Shown here in pieces: positions 1 through 10,391 of a stretch of DNA of 64,000 nucleotides. The translations under genes were made by a program, and so were the position numbers. Location of the stretch: contig CBDBBI010000010.1 of NCBI GenBank assembly GCA_965202625.1, forward strand, positions 800,001 through 864,000, written 5' to 3'. The stretch is from a bacterium (GTDB taxonomy: Bacteria; UBA8248). Position 1 is the stretch's first letter. Each line of letters begins with the position of its first letter. The notes under the pieces were generated by a model. The model ran no database searches. It was given only the letters and a program-made list of their open reading frames with translations, and was not told where the DNA came from.

Positions 1-200
1 TGAGTTTCAAAATCAGGTGGGATTTCTCGGTTCAGATACTTAATCGACCCACGAATAAGCACACTTAACAAAATCTGCATCTCTCTGTATCTCTTGGGTT
101 CTTGCGCAGTGTGTGATATAATACTCACTTTGATTCTCCCTTCCGACGCCCTAGCCCTAAGCCGGATGAGCGAAGCTGATGGGAATAGCCTCAAATGAAT

Positions 201-615
201 TCAGAGTGGAAAGGAGACGAGTGCCCTATCACTCACATCTCTCAATGGCGAACTCATGGAATACAGTCTCGAATCAAACCAACACCACCAAGGGGTGATA
301 GCGATGTTTTCCGCTTTCCACAACGAGCTGTCATCAGGCAGATGACTATCTAATCCCCGAATCAAATCATCTTCAACCAAGTTTGCGCCTCGCCACGCCA
401 CATCGGCAATTCTCGTCGTCTTTTATCCGAGCGGCTCACGCCCAGAACGCGCATTTCAGATTGTTTGTTCCGGGAAATGACTTCGCGCCTCATAGCTCCC
501 ATCCAAATTTGGCATAGGTTTTTCCCCGCCAGCTCTCGACAGTCCCAGTGCTTCCATCTTCGCTCCGAGGGCAGTCATCATCTCAGATTGTCATGAATCC
601 CTCGCGCAGGTGGAT
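201..615 (-). pseudogene. Heavily degraded D-2-hydroxyacid dehydrogenase remnant
   Basis: Minus-strand fragments in different frames (ELAGK / NLCQIWMGAMRREV / MRVLGVSRS / RGANLVEDDLIRG-LD..LPDDSSLWKAENIAITP) follow the order of the NAD-binding and C-terminal motifs of this family. Boundaries approximate. Confidence 0.45.
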
Positions 616-895
616 ACGACACCAGCATGCAATACGGATAAAGACAGAATATAGTCCACGCCCTCGGACACCATTTGTACCCATTTTAGGGTATGACAAC
701 GATTTAAAAGCGTGTTCTCTACTTTCTGCTCCTAGGGTAGTATCAAACGACGACAAATCTAGCGGTGCGCAGCACCTCGGGTCACTGCAACCAACCCCGG
801 AATGTCCGGTGCTTGCCGATTTAACTCTTCTCCGTATTGTTGATGGTAGGGACTCACAAGGAGGACGCCGCCATGCGATAAAAGGGAAGTTCTCC

Positions 896-3800
896 TTACT
901 TAGAGCTCTTGACGCCGAACAAACTACGCAGTCCTTTTTTCAAAGTATCCTCAAGCGCTTTTCCCAATTTTTCCACTTGTTTTTTCCCGAGAGTATGCTC
1001 TTTTCGACCAGAGGTTGTTCCCTCACTCCCCAGCCCTGGCACTACTTTTTGCACCCCCTCAATTGCCGGACCAAGAATACCCGTCAATATATTCTTCGCA
1101 TCGCCCAATAAACGCTCGATCTGCTCAAACAAATTTGCAAACATGGGCTCTACAACGGCGTTTAACAAATGGAAGTCAGGATCATCCAGTCGCCCTTCTA
1201 CCTGGACATTGAGCGAAATCGTATCGTTCCGCTTCTCGAAAAGGCGCAACAATGAAGCCCGAACAGCCTTCTTAACGAGATCAGGCAGAGAGGCTCTCTC
1301 GTCCGGTCGTAAGCGTAATCCGACAATCTTAGCGCTTCCCTTCAATTTTAGGTGTTTATTTCTCAATGAATAGGTAGAGTGAAAATTCAATTTTCCCTTC
1401 GTTATCTCAGTGCCTCGTATCAATGAAGCACTTAAGGAATCTCCCCGCATATCTCGGGCATAAGGAGATATCTTCCGCAGATCAAAACGCGAGAGATTGA
1501 GAACCCCTTCTATATCTGGAGGCACGAAGCTCGGATTCAGAGTGGCCTTCGCAAAAACTGATGGCGACCCTTGAAGCGTTTTTATCTCTAGGTGTGCTTC
1601 GCGCAAGTTTGGTGCCATGCGCGTATCAAAGCTCGTCATCAAGATTCTCGAGTCAGGAATCTGCAAAACAATCGGAGGTTTGTTCTTCGCAAGCAGCTCT
1701 TCAAAATGAAACTTCATTTTTTCAATTTTAAATTTTTCGATTTTAATTACGGGCAACAGCGGCTCGCTCGTTTTACCCCTTATCCCTTGAGATTGTCTGG
1801 ATGCTCTCTTTGCTTGTGAACGTATCGGGGGAGTAGAAAGTTTTTTGGGGGGAGTCGCTTTTCGGCTTCCTCCCCTCCTCATCGGCAAGGAGCGTTCCTC
1901 ATTTAATGCTTGAAGCAAAGAATCGAAATTACTTTTTCTCTTTGTATCATATAAGTAACGCACCCTTAAGGTTTTCATCTGAATGTTCGATGCGCGTATC
2001 TCTCCCTGCATCAGGGGCGCTCGACGAAAAGATGCTCTCAAACCTTGTAGGATGACGTCAGGCTCCGCATGTGGCCTGCCCAAATCATTTACCTTTATTT
2101 CAGGGATTCGAATTTTTATCACATCATCACCCACCTGCCCCACAATACTGCCCGACACGTTAAAATTGGGATAATTAACGTAAACAAGGGACTTCAGATC
2201 GGCCGCCACTGACCATCTTGTCGAAATCGACTGCATGCGATCGCCGCTTCTTGAAATGGCGACCAAACCACTGGCGCTACCCTTCATCAAAAATTGTGAT
2301 AGGGGCGCTCCCAAAAAACCTCTGAGCCACGGAGTCGCACCTTCAAGGCTCGTTATCGTCCATTTGAACCGGCCTGAATCTACCCCGTTCGGGCTCCAAT
2401 GGATGGGTTCTGACATTTGAATGCGGCCGAACGGCAGAAAAAGGTTAAAGTATCGTAATCTTACAGATTGGTCTTGGAAACTATAAGAGCCAGCAGTCCG
2501 AACGCTGCTCTTCCTCATACGCAACGCGCTCCACTTCTGGGCCATCGGCGCAAAGAATTCTGCGCTCAAGTGATCGCTCGTGAATTCCAGGCTCCAGGCA
2601 ACTTTCTTCTCAGGAACATAGACAAATTCTACCTCCCCGGCGATTGCTCCCCTCAAGTTACGAAGAGAAGGAGGGAGACGCACGAGTTCCGCCAAAGGGG
2701 AAACCTGGATGGGAGCAAACGAAGCAGACGCTTTATAGGAAAAACCAAGCCCCTTTCTTCTACCCCTCGTGCCTGACAGTAAAATTTTGAGTTTCTCCCT
2801 TCCGCTTCCCAAATTAACGTCTACGTAAGCATCACGCGATCTTCCATTGGAAATGATTTTCACTCTCACGCCGACTTTCTTCCCCGTGAGGTCCGCATTC
2901 CAACGAACGACGCCATTCGGCATGAAAGAGACTTGCAACGCACCCTCAACTTGACCCGTAGGCTTTTTCAGATAGCTGGGAAAAGGGAACAAACTGGCGA
3001 GTGATGCAATTGGCAAAGAGTGAAAACGCGCATTCACATCTGCTTTCAAAAGCAAGGAGGTTTTTCTATTTCGCGCCACGGCAACGTCAAAATGTATTTT
3101 TGCGTCTTTGGGAACATCTTCAAGCGATACCGTTCCAATACGCTCTAGCAAATCCATCGCAGAGGAGAGGTCACGCACATCAACCGAGAAAACGATTTGT
3201 CCATCACCAGATACGTCCCATTGCGCAGGTTTTCTGAGTTCGGATCTCGCGAAGGGCAACTCGATCTCTAGGACGCTGATTTGTACGGATTCATTTTGTA
3301 TATCGAAGCTCCCTTTTGAGCGGATAGCGGACTCTTTTAACTGCACGCGCTCCCACCGTCGCCCCTTTTCCACCCTCAATCTGGCGCTCACAGCCCGAGC
3401 TTTCAAATCCACATCCCACTGCACCCGCCTGCCAAAAACAAAAACCGTATGCGCTCTTCCACTGATGGTTCCTTCTATTTTCGAGACATTATGAGTGAAA
3501 GGGACGAACTCGCCGGCCGGAGTCCACTCAACAGGAACAAACTGAGATGCCACTTCTATAGCAACCGCATTATCCAGGACCCGTCGATCCCTCTTCGCCG
3601 ATATCGCGAGCTTTGTCGTCGCGCCTTTTTTTAACACCTGAATGGGCATCCCAAAGATTCGAGAAACCCAGCCTCTGACTTCGCTGATATTGCTAATATG
3701 CGCCGCCATATGAACTTCATCTTTCGCCGAAACATTCCAAAATGAAGGCTTCGTCATTTTTACGCTGACGAAAGGGGTCTCAATAAGGAAAGATTCTATA

Positions 3801-4834
3801 TGAGCGGAGCTTGTGAGCGGATCGTACTGACCCTTCGTTTTTAACTTCAATTCAGGCAATACCAAGTTTTGCCATTTTGCTTGTCGATTCGTTTGAAAAT
3901 CTACGTGCACAGACCGTCCCTTCAAGTCGACATCCCAGACAATCGGGTTTCCAACAACATAGGCAAATTTCAGATAGCCCCCCAAAGTTCCTTTTCTTAA
4001 GCGATATACTTGGCTTTTCGGCGCCATTGAGGCCACGGAAGATAAATCAAACAGAGGCACTACGAGCGATGCGCGATAATTTTGTCTATCCGCATTGATG
4101 TGCGCATCACCTTGTAGTTGGATAAGTTGCAAGTCACCGGGTTTTTGACATTTCCCATCGAAAAAGATATCCAATGGCTTGCTTCGCTGTATTTTATCTA
4201 CCTCTATGTGCGTAAAAGAACATGAAATATCTAAGGCGGGCATGGCATCACCGGCGTCGAACCGAAATTCTCCTGTTACGTCGTGCAGATCGAGTTCGTG
4301 AATCGTAAAACTGAAACCTGTCCCGACGTTTTGAGTCCCGCTCTCGGTCGCTTCGGCGGACGCCTGAAAGGAAAAAGGAATTTTTATGTTGTTCGCCTGC
4401 GCCAGATTCGTCTTTTTCCCGGGTCGATTCAAACTCTTTATAATATCTTGAAAGTTGAATTTTCCATTCACATCCCGTTTTATCCGTGCGGAGACGCCTC
4501 TGATGGTCAGCTGAACGATACTGAGGTGTCGGTAAATGAGAGTCGATGGGTTAAGCGCCACCTCGACATCCCTGAACCGAACAAAGGGCTGGCTCTTTGT
4601 TCCGACTTTTTCTCTTTTTGCCTCTATGATAACGTCACTGGCCTTAATCTTGAACAATCCCAAATCGAGCCGAGCGATAGATACTCTTCTCCCTAGAATT
4701 TTCCGCCCTTCTCTCTCTGCAATCCTGATGACTTCGTCCGAGGAAATAAAAACTTTTACAGCGATGATTCCGACAATGATGAAAACAAAAGATATGCTGG
4801 TAATCCAAGCTATCCATTTCAAAAATCGATACAT
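896..4834 (-). CDS. Large AsmA-like / DUF748-domain envelope protein
   Basis: About 1310 aa; N-terminal TM anchor, AsmA-like N-terminus (GRRVSIARLDL...RDVNGKFNFQD), beta-rich body and DUF748-like C-terminal ISLNVQVEGRLDDPDF. ATG at 4834 preferred over TTG 4849. Confidence 0.75.
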   Translation of the reverse strand: MYRFLKWIAWITSISFVFIIVGIIAVKVFISSDEVIRIAEREGRKILGRRVSIARLDLGLFKIKASDVIIEAKREKVGTKSQPFVRFRDVEVALNPSTLIYRHLSIVQLTIRGVSARIKRDVNGKFNFQDIIKSLNRPGKKTNLAQANNIKIPFSFQASAEATESGTQNVGTGFSFTIHELDLHDVTGEFRFDAGDAMPALDISCSFTHIEVDKIQRSKPLDIFFDGKCQKPGDLQLIQLQGDAHINADRQNYRASLVVPLFDLSSVASMAPKSQVYRLRKGTLGGYLKFAYVVGNPIVWDVDLKGRSVHVDFQTNRQAKWQNLVLPELKLKTKGQYDPLTSSAHIESFLIETPFVSVKMTKPSFWNVSAKDEVHMAAHISNISEVRGWVSRIFGMPIQVLKKGATTKLAISAKRDRRVLDNAVAIEVASQFVPVEWTPAGEFVPFTHNVSKIEGTISGRAHTVFVFGRRVQWDVDLKARAVSARLRVEKGRRWERVQLKESAIRSKGSFDIQNESVQISVLEIELPFARSELRKPAQWDVSGDGQIVFSVDVRDLSSAMDLLERIGTVSLEDVPKDAKIHFDVAVARNRKTSLLLKADVNARFHSLPIASLASLFPFPSYLKKPTGQVEGALQVSFMPNGVVRWNADLTGKKVGVRVKIISNGRSRDAYVDVNLGSGREKLKILLSGTRGRRKGLGFSYKASASFAPIQVSPLAELVRLPPSLRNLRGAIAGEVEFVYVPEKKVAWSLEFTSDHLSAEFFAPMAQKWSALRMRKSSVRTAGSYSFQDQSVRLRYFNLFLPFGRIQMSEPIHWSPNGVDSGRFKWTITSLEGATPWLRGFLGAPLSQFLMKGSASGLVAISRSGDRMQSISTRWSVAADLKSLVYVNYPNFNVSGSIVGQVGDDVIKIRIPEIKVNDLGRPHAEPDVILQGLRASFRRAPLMQGEIRASNIQMKTLRVRYLYDTKRKSNFDSLLQALNEERSLPMRRGGSRKATPPKKLSTPPIRSQAKRASRQSQGIRGKTSEPLLPVIKIEKFKIEKMKFHFEELLAKNKPPIVLQIPDSRILMTSFDTRMAPNLREAHLEIKTLQGSPSVFAKATLNPSFVPPDIEGVLNLSRFDLRKISPYARDMRGDSLSASLIRGTEITKGKLNFHSTYSLRNKHLKLKGSAKIVGLRLRPDERASLPDLVKKAVRASLLRLFEKRNDTISLNVQVEGRLDDPDFHLLNAVVEPMFANLFEQIERLLGDAKNILTGILGPAIEGVQKVVPGLGSEGTTSGRKEHTLGKKQVEKLGKALEDTLKKGLRSLFGVKSSK

Positions 4835-5011
4835 CAGTGACTCACACAAGAAAGACCCGCAAGCGGCTCATGAGATATAGCCATAAAATGGATTCCGATT
4901 TCGCGTGACGGCTTATTCTGATATATATTAGCAGAATACGAAGCGCTTTTGCTTTTTATAGTCGCAATGGAATCGTCCGTCATTCTCAAAAATTCTCAGA
5001 AAACTGCCCAC

Positions 5012-6298
5012 ATGAAGAAAAATCGCGTTGCCTCAAATGCAAGCATCAATAAATTGAAACCGATTCAAGGCCGTGAAATTTTCTCTTGGTGCATGTATGA
5101 CTTCGCAAACTCAGCCTTCACCACGCTAATCGTTACAATTGCATATAGCGTGTATTTCAGGACCATTGTGGCGGGCGGGACGAGAGAAGCAGATTTTCTC
5201 TGGGGATTGGCGCTCGCCCTCTCCATGATTTTAAGCGTTACTATCACCCCGCCTTTAAGTGCCATCGCAGACAGGAACGGAGGACGCAAACGCTTCTTGC
5301 TCCTTTGCGCGTATATTTGCGTAGGGGCTACTGCGCTTTTGGCAAGGGTGGGGCCCGGAATGATCATCGCCGGCATGTTGCTTTTCATCATTGCCAACGC
5401 CGCCTTCGAGAGCTCTCTCATCTTTTACAATTCTTTTTTGCCCGACATATCGAACCAAACGACCATTGGCAAAATCAGTGGGTGGGGCTGGGCGCTTGGC
5501 TACATAGGTGGTTTGCTTTGCCTGTTCATGGTCAAACCGTTCTTAGATGGAGGATTCTCAAAGGAGAACCTACCGTTATTTCGTATGAGCTTCGTTGCAG
5601 TCGCCGGATTTCACGGCCTATTTATGCTTCCGCTCATTTTCTGGCTGCGAGAAACCAAAATACAATCCATCAGCCGCAACTCCAAAAGCGCTTTCCTTAA
5701 TCTCCGGCAAACGTTGCGGGATATGCGAAAAACTCCGGGCGCGCTCAAATTCCTCATCGCTTTTTTTCTCTACAACGATGGCATTGTGACGGTCATCTCA
5801 TTCAGTTCCATCTATGCGGTTTCCACCCTAAAGTTCAGCATGAGCCAAACTCTAAGCCTGTTCCTCGCAGTTCAGGTATCCGCTGCAATCGGCGCGTTCA
5901 CAATGGGATACTTGGCGGACGCATGGAGCCCACGAAAAACCATTTTGCTGACCCTAATAAATTGGTGTGTAGTTGTCATTGTCGCTTATTTCACCAGCTC
6001 AAAATATATTTTCTGGGGCATCTCCTTACTAGCGGGACTCTCACTTGGCTCTAGCCAATCGGTAAGTAGAACCCTGATGGCCAGCTATATCCCGCAGAGG
6101 AAATCAGCGCAATCATATTCATTTTATGGCATCTGCGGAAAAATGAGCTCGGTTCTAGGGCCGTTAGTTTTTGGAGGTGTCTCAGCACTTACGGGAGAGC
6201 AAAGATTAGCGATACTTTCTATCCTCGCTTTTTTTCTCCTAGGCGGTGTCCTGCTTTGGCTGACGCCAGAAACCAAGAAGTTGAATGTATCCAGATAA
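5012..6298 (+). CDS. MFS transporter (UMF1/Atg22-like)
   Basis: SWCMYDFANSAF motif, YNSFLPDIS...GKISGWGWALGYIGG, multiple hydrophobic segments. Start uncertain (ATG 5012 chosen). Confidence 0.85.
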   Translation: MKKNRVASNASINKLKPIQGREIFSWCMYDFANSAFTTLIVTIAYSVYFRTIVAGGTREADFLWGLALALSMILSVTITPPLSAIADRNGGRKRFLLLCAYICVGATALLARVGPGMIIAGMLLFIIANAAFESSLIFYNSFLPDISNQTTIGKISGWGWALGYIGGLLCLFMVKPFLDGGFSKENLPLFRMSFVAVAGFHGLFMLPLIFWLRETKIQSISRNSKSAFLNLRQTLRDMRKTPGALKFLIAFFLYNDGIVTVISFSSIYAVSTLKFSMSQTLSLFLAVQVSAAIGAFTMGYLADAWSPRKTILLTLINWCVVVIVAYFTSSKYIFWGISLLAGLSLGSSQSVSRTLMASYIPQRKSAQSYSFYGICGKMSSVLGPLVFGGVSALTGEQRLAILSILAFFLLGGVLLWLTPETKKLNVSR

Positions 6299-6381
6299 GG
6301 AACATAGTATGCTCGTCCTATTCAATCAAAAGCGCAACATGCTAAACATACCGTTTGGCGTGGTCGTTTCTCGGAGTTGCC

Positions 6382-6747
6382 TTGGATTTTCGTGAACAGA
6401 TTTACCAAAGACTCATGTTTCATTTTGAAGAAGCAGACGTCAGGCGAGAAACCGTAGAAGCCTTCATTTCAGATATCGTTCATATTCTCGATCGCCTCAC
6501 CCAAGACAGGTTGTACGAAGCAAGTTTGCGCCAAATTCTTCAACGCTATGCCGACGAATGGGCCGAGCAATCCTCCCGTAGGGTTTTAGACGCTCGACGC
6601 GATGAGGCCACAGAAATTATTTATGAAATGAGCGATCGCCAAGCGAGAAATCGCGCCGTTCGTGCGCTGCAAAAAGTCTTGCTGGACAGACTCAAAGACC
6701 AGAAAAAACCGTTAGACGATCTCGATTTTTTTGACGAAATTGATTAA
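6382..6747 (+). CDS. Hypothetical helical protein
   Basis: Protein-like charged helical ORF; GGAG precedes TTG at 6382; no recognisable motif. Confidence 0.55.
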   Translation: MDFREQIYQRLMFHFEEADVRRETVEAFISDIVHILDRLTQDRLYEASLRQILQRYADEWAEQSSRRVLDARRDEATEIIYEMSDRQARNRAVRALQKVLLDRLKDQKKPLDDLDFFDEID

Positions 6748-6772
6748 ACGATTCCGAACATGGGTGTCCACT

Positions 6773-7175
6773 ATGCCAGACAAAAAATTTAGCCGACGAA
6801 ATTGCCAAACGCAGAGAGCACAGATACCCGACTTATGAATTCATCGCCGAAAAATTTCCGACCGCATAGATACCCTTTTGCATCTTGATGAAATCATCCA
6901 GACGGAACAGAGAAGATTCGACAAACCAACGCACGAGTTGTTTTATATTCTGGCACTCGCAGTTGAAGGATCAAAACCGACACAACCAACCACATCTCAA
7001 ACAGCACTTCCAAAAGGGAATTAAACTGGGCTTGTCCCCCGAGGAAACCGCGGAAGCACCGATGGTCTGCGTGAACCCGGCCGGATCTAAAGTTCTCAAT
7101 TACGGAGTTACCTGTATGTTTGAAGCAATAAAGGAAACTAAGAGATGCGGGATGGACATACCCCGACTAAAATGA
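6773..7175 (+). pseudogene. Frameshifted carboxymuconolactone decarboxylase (CMD) family gene
   Basis: Pieces in successive frames: NLADEIAKRREHRYPTYEFIAEKFPTA* / FDKPTHELFYILALAVEG / HLKQHFQKGIKLGLSPEETAEA..VCVNPAG, matching the CMD pattern LD.KT.EL..IA.....LK.H...A...G.T.EEI.EA. Confidence 0.6.
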
Positions 7176-7205
7176 AGGTTATTTTCTTCCACATCGCAAC
7201 GATAT

Positions 7206-7535
7206 TCACGCTTCCGCCCGAATCGCCTCCTCACGCAAAGGCGAATATATTCCGATATATGTAATAGGCGTCAGCGCATCCAGCCGATGCGGAACTCCTC
7301 TAGGTATATGAACCACCTGCCCCGCTTTTACTTTGCGTGTTTCGTCAGCAACGGTAAATGTAGCTTCGCCTTTTATAAGATATACGAGTTGCTCTACGTC
7401 GTGCGTATGGTCTTGCTCCGTTCCCCCCTCTCTTTCAATATACAACATCATGACATTTTCACCGACGACGATCCTCCGTTCTCTGCCCGGCATTTTTTGC
7501 GGTTCGATTTCTGCAAGATCATAAAAATACTGCAT
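7206..7535 (-). CDS. Cupin domain protein
   Basis: HTHDVEQLVYLIKGE and GQVVHIPRGVPH cupin motifs; RBS GAGGAGG before ATG 7535. Confidence 0.85.
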   Translation of the reverse strand: MQYFYDLAEIEPQKMPGRERRIVVGENVMMLYIEREGGTEQDHTHDVEQLVYLIKGEATFTVADETRKVKAGQVVHIPRGVPHRLDALTPITYIGIYSPLREEAIRAEA

Positions 7536-7700
7536 TTGTCTTCTCCTCCTCATTTTCGCTTTGCGCTTGTTTCCGATTGTTGGCTTTCCACAAACCGATT
7601 GCAAGATCGTAGCAAGAGCCTCCTTGCAATCACGCATCATACATTCCTAGAATCAACCCTATTGACTGGAACCCGCCACGAGGCCAAAGGACAAACCCTC

Positions 7701-9113
7701 ATGAACGCTGACATCCGAGTTCGTTTTGCTCCATCAAACACAGGACACCTCCACATCGGCGGTGCGCGCACAGCGCTTTTTAATTGGTTTTTTGCGAGAC
7801 ATCACGAAGGTGCCACGATCTTGAGAGTTGAAGACACCGACCGGCAACGATCTAAAGAGGAGTATTACGACGCGATCCTCAAAGCGTTCGATTGGCTGGG
7901 GCTCGAGTGGGACGAAGGGCCATATCGTCAGTCCCATCGCATGGACATGTATCAAGAAGCGGCCCAGAAACTCCTGTCCTCTGGCGGCGTCTATCGATGC
8001 ACATGCACACCTGAGGAAGTAAACGCCATGCGCGACCGTGCTCGCGTTCAGGGGAAAACGCCGAAATATGACGGAACTTGCCGGGATCGTTACGACAAGG
8101 ACCCTCACGCTCCATTTTGTCTCCGTCTTAGAACTCCGGACACTGGCGAGACGACTGTTACCGACATACTTGCGGGAGATGTCGTATTCGAGAATTCGCA
8201 GATAGACGACATGGTTATCATGCGCACCGATGGCACGCCGACATACAATTTCTGTGTGGCTGTGGACGACATCAACATGGAGATCACGCACGTAATACGC
8301 GGCAACGACCATTTATCGAACACACCCAAACAAATCCTTGTCTATCAATCTCTGAATGAGGCGACGCCAAAATTTGCACACATCTCGATGATATTGGGTC
8401 CTGACAAAAAAAGACTATCCAAACGACACGGCGCAGACTCGGTATTGGAATATAAAAACCAGGGATTTCTTCCTGAAGCGTTGCTCAACTACCTGGTGCG
8501 GCTTGGATGGAGCCACGGAGACCAGGAGATATTCTCTAAAGAGGAGATCATCAAAAACTTTTCCTTGGAAAACTTGAACAGAGCCCCCGCGATCTTCAAT
8601 CCCCAGAAATTATTATGGGTGAATCAAGAATATATAAAATCAGCCGATAGTGATTTCCTGGTGGAATCGTTAGATACAGGACTTAAAGAGCGGGGTTTAT
8701 CCCCAAGTATCCTAAGGACTGAAACACGCAGGGGCATCGTCGACGAGCTCAGAACGCGCTCAGGAACCCTGGTCGACATGATAGAGGGAGCTCGTTTTTT
8801 CTTTGAAAACGAAATCGAGTTAGACGAGAAAGACGCGTCAAAGTTCCTGAAACCGGAAATCGCAACTTCGCTCATGAAACTGCGAGATAAATTAACCAAA
8901 CTCGACGCGTTTTCAGTCGAAAAAATAAAATCAGCCTTTCATCACATCCTAGAAGAAGAGGAATTAAAACTTGGCAAACTGGCCCAACCCGTGCGCGTCG
9001 CCATTACGGGTAGAACCATGAGTCCGGGTATTTTTGAAACGCTCAGCCTTCTCGGCAGAGATAGAACCATCCGCCGCCTCGACGCTGCATTGTCCAGAAT
9101 CACGAGTAAGTGA
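7701..9113 (+). CDS. gltX: Glutamate--tRNA ligase
   Basis: RVRFAPSNTGHLHIGG (HIGH), LRVEDTD, CTC...C zinc site, RLSKR (KMSKS), LAQPVRVAITG C-terminus. Confidence 0.97.
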   Translation: MNADIRVRFAPSNTGHLHIGGARTALFNWFFARHHEGATILRVEDTDRQRSKEEYYDAILKAFDWLGLEWDEGPYRQSHRMDMYQEAAQKLLSSGGVYRCTCTPEEVNAMRDRARVQGKTPKYDGTCRDRYDKDPHAPFCLRLRTPDTGETTVTDILAGDVVFENSQIDDMVIMRTDGTPTYNFCVAVDDINMEITHVIRGNDHLSNTPKQILVYQSLNEATPKFAHISMILGPDKKRLSKRHGADSVLEYKNQGFLPEALLNYLVRLGWSHGDQEIFSKEEIIKNFSLENLNRAPAIFNPQKLLWVNQEYIKSADSDFLVESLDTGLKERGLSPSILRTETRRGIVDELRTRSGTLVDMIEGARFFFENEIELDEKDASKFLKPEIATSLMKLRDKLTKLDAFSVEKIKSAFHHILEEEELKLGKLAQPVRVAITGRTMSPGIFETLSLLGRDRTIRRLDAALSRITSK

Positions 9114-9127
9114 TTTTGAACTCGTCC

Positions 9128-9156
9128 TTGACGAACCAAGGTCTCATACATATAAA
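9128..9156 (+). promoter_or_regulatory. Sigma70-type promoter for tRNA-Gln
   Basis: TTGACG-N17-TATAAA ending 14 nt before the tRNA. Confidence 0.65.
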
Positions 9157-9170
9157 CATCTAGGCTTTCT

Positions 9171-9244
9171 TGGGGGATCGTCTAGCGGCAGGACACCAGA
9201 CTCTGGATCTGGGTACGGAGGTTCGAATCCTCCTCCCCCAGCCA
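9171..9244 (+). tRNA. tRNA-Gln (anticodon CTG)
   Basis: Cloverleaf: acceptor TGGGGGA/TCCCCCA (U1-A72), anticodon arm CCAGA-CT CTG GA-TCTGG, T arm GGAGG-TTCGAAT-CCTCC, encoded CCA. Confidence 0.97.
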
Positions 9245-9579
9245 CTCCTTCCGGTGAATCTGTATTCGCCTCACCTCAATTTCCAAATCTTTGCCCATTC
9301 CCGATATATCCCTTAGGTTACGCTAAAAAGTTCTGTTCCACTTATACTTCGCTCGTATCACCCCACTCTTCAGGAAAACAACCCATCACCTCGTTTCATA
9401 AACCATTCTCCGACCCCCGCGCAGATTCCTAAACGAACCCGCTGTTTCTACCCATTTGATAAGTCAGTAGTTGCATCGGGAGAAAACATAGACTACATTT
9501 GACCCTGTGAGTCGCACGCACGAGAAGCGACGAATACATGGTGTATGAGATGAAAATATCTTTCCCGAGGAGAGTAACA

Positions 9580-10236
9580 ATGACGTTAAGAATGAATGAT
9601 GAGGCACCAGATTTCTCCGCTGACACAACGCAAGGACCCATCAATTTTCACGAGTGGATCGGTGATGGTTGGGCCATCGTTTTTTCGCACCCAAAGGATT
9701 TTACGCCGGTCTGCACTACAGAACTCGGAACAATGGCCGGACTCAGTCCAGAGTTCGAAAAAAGGAACTGCAAAGTACTCGGCATCAGCGTTGATGGCGT
9801 CTCCGATCATGAGAAATGGTCCAAAGATATCGCAAGCACCCAAGGCCACGCTGTAAATTATCCTTTGATTGGCGATCCTGAACTCAAGGTGGTCAAAGCC
9901 TACGACATGCTGCCAGCCGATGCGGGCGACACGTCAGAGGGGCGGACAGCTGCCCACAACGCAACAGCCCGTTCGGTTTTCGTGATTGGACCAGACAAGA
10001 GAATCAAGGCGACGCTTACTTATCCAATGAGCACTGGCCGAAATTTTAGTGAAATTCTCCGACTGTTAGATTCCTGCCAGTTGACGGCGAATGAGCAGGT
10101 AGCGACTCCGGCGAACTGGGAACAGGGCGGGGACGTGATCATCCTACCAGCCGTTTCGGATGAGGATGCGAAGAAAAAATACCCCGATGGTTGGGAGACG
10201 CCGCTTCCTTATATTCGAATTGTAAAACAACCATAA
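9580..10236 (+). CDS. 1-Cys peroxiredoxin (Prx6 family)
   Basis: FSHPKDFTPVCTTE signature, YPMSTGRNF, VATPANW; RBS GAGGAG. Confidence 0.93.
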   Translation: MTLRMNDEAPDFSADTTQGPINFHEWIGDGWAIVFSHPKDFTPVCTTELGTMAGLSPEFEKRNCKVLGISVDGVSDHEKWSKDIASTQGHAVNYPLIGDPELKVVKAYDMLPADAGDTSEGRTAAHNATARSVFVIGPDKRIKATLTYPMSTGRNFSEILRLLDSCQLTANEQVATPANWEQGGDVIILPAVSDEDAKKKYPDGWETPLPYIRIVKQP

Positions 10237-10325
10237 AAAATATGGATGTTGCGCCCGAGCATAGCGACAAGAAGTAGCGAAAATCAGGTAATGAGACCGA
10301 ATATCTCGCCTAGTACACTTTGCTC

Positions 10326-10377
10326 AAATACAAAAAGGCCGCTGCTAACAACACATAGCAGCGGCCTTTTTGTATTT
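10326..10377. terminator. Bidirectional intrinsic terminator
   Basis: Perfect 22-bp inverted repeat AAATACAAAAAGGCCGCTGCTA-N8-TAGCAGCGGCCTTTTTGTATTT between convergent genes, with A/T tracts on both sides. Confidence 0.85.
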
Positions 10378-10391
10378 CGGTGTCTTGGGAA

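Noticed and set aside
548-1111. 187-aa plus-strand ORF at the window start
   Set aside because: Overlaps the AsmA-like gene antisense, with no motif or RBS.
6773-7175. In-frame stops in the CMD remnant (and in the crotonase remnant at 42127-42770) as recoding sites
   Set aside because: They come with frameshifts and deletions, are TAG at non-catalytic positions and have no evident SECIS-like hairpin; decay is simpler.
7701-9244. Calling gltX non-discriminating because it abuts tRNA-Gln
   Set aside because: Adjacency is common and the anticodon-binding segment (LRTRSGTL) is not diagnostic; needs the glnS and gatCAB inventory.
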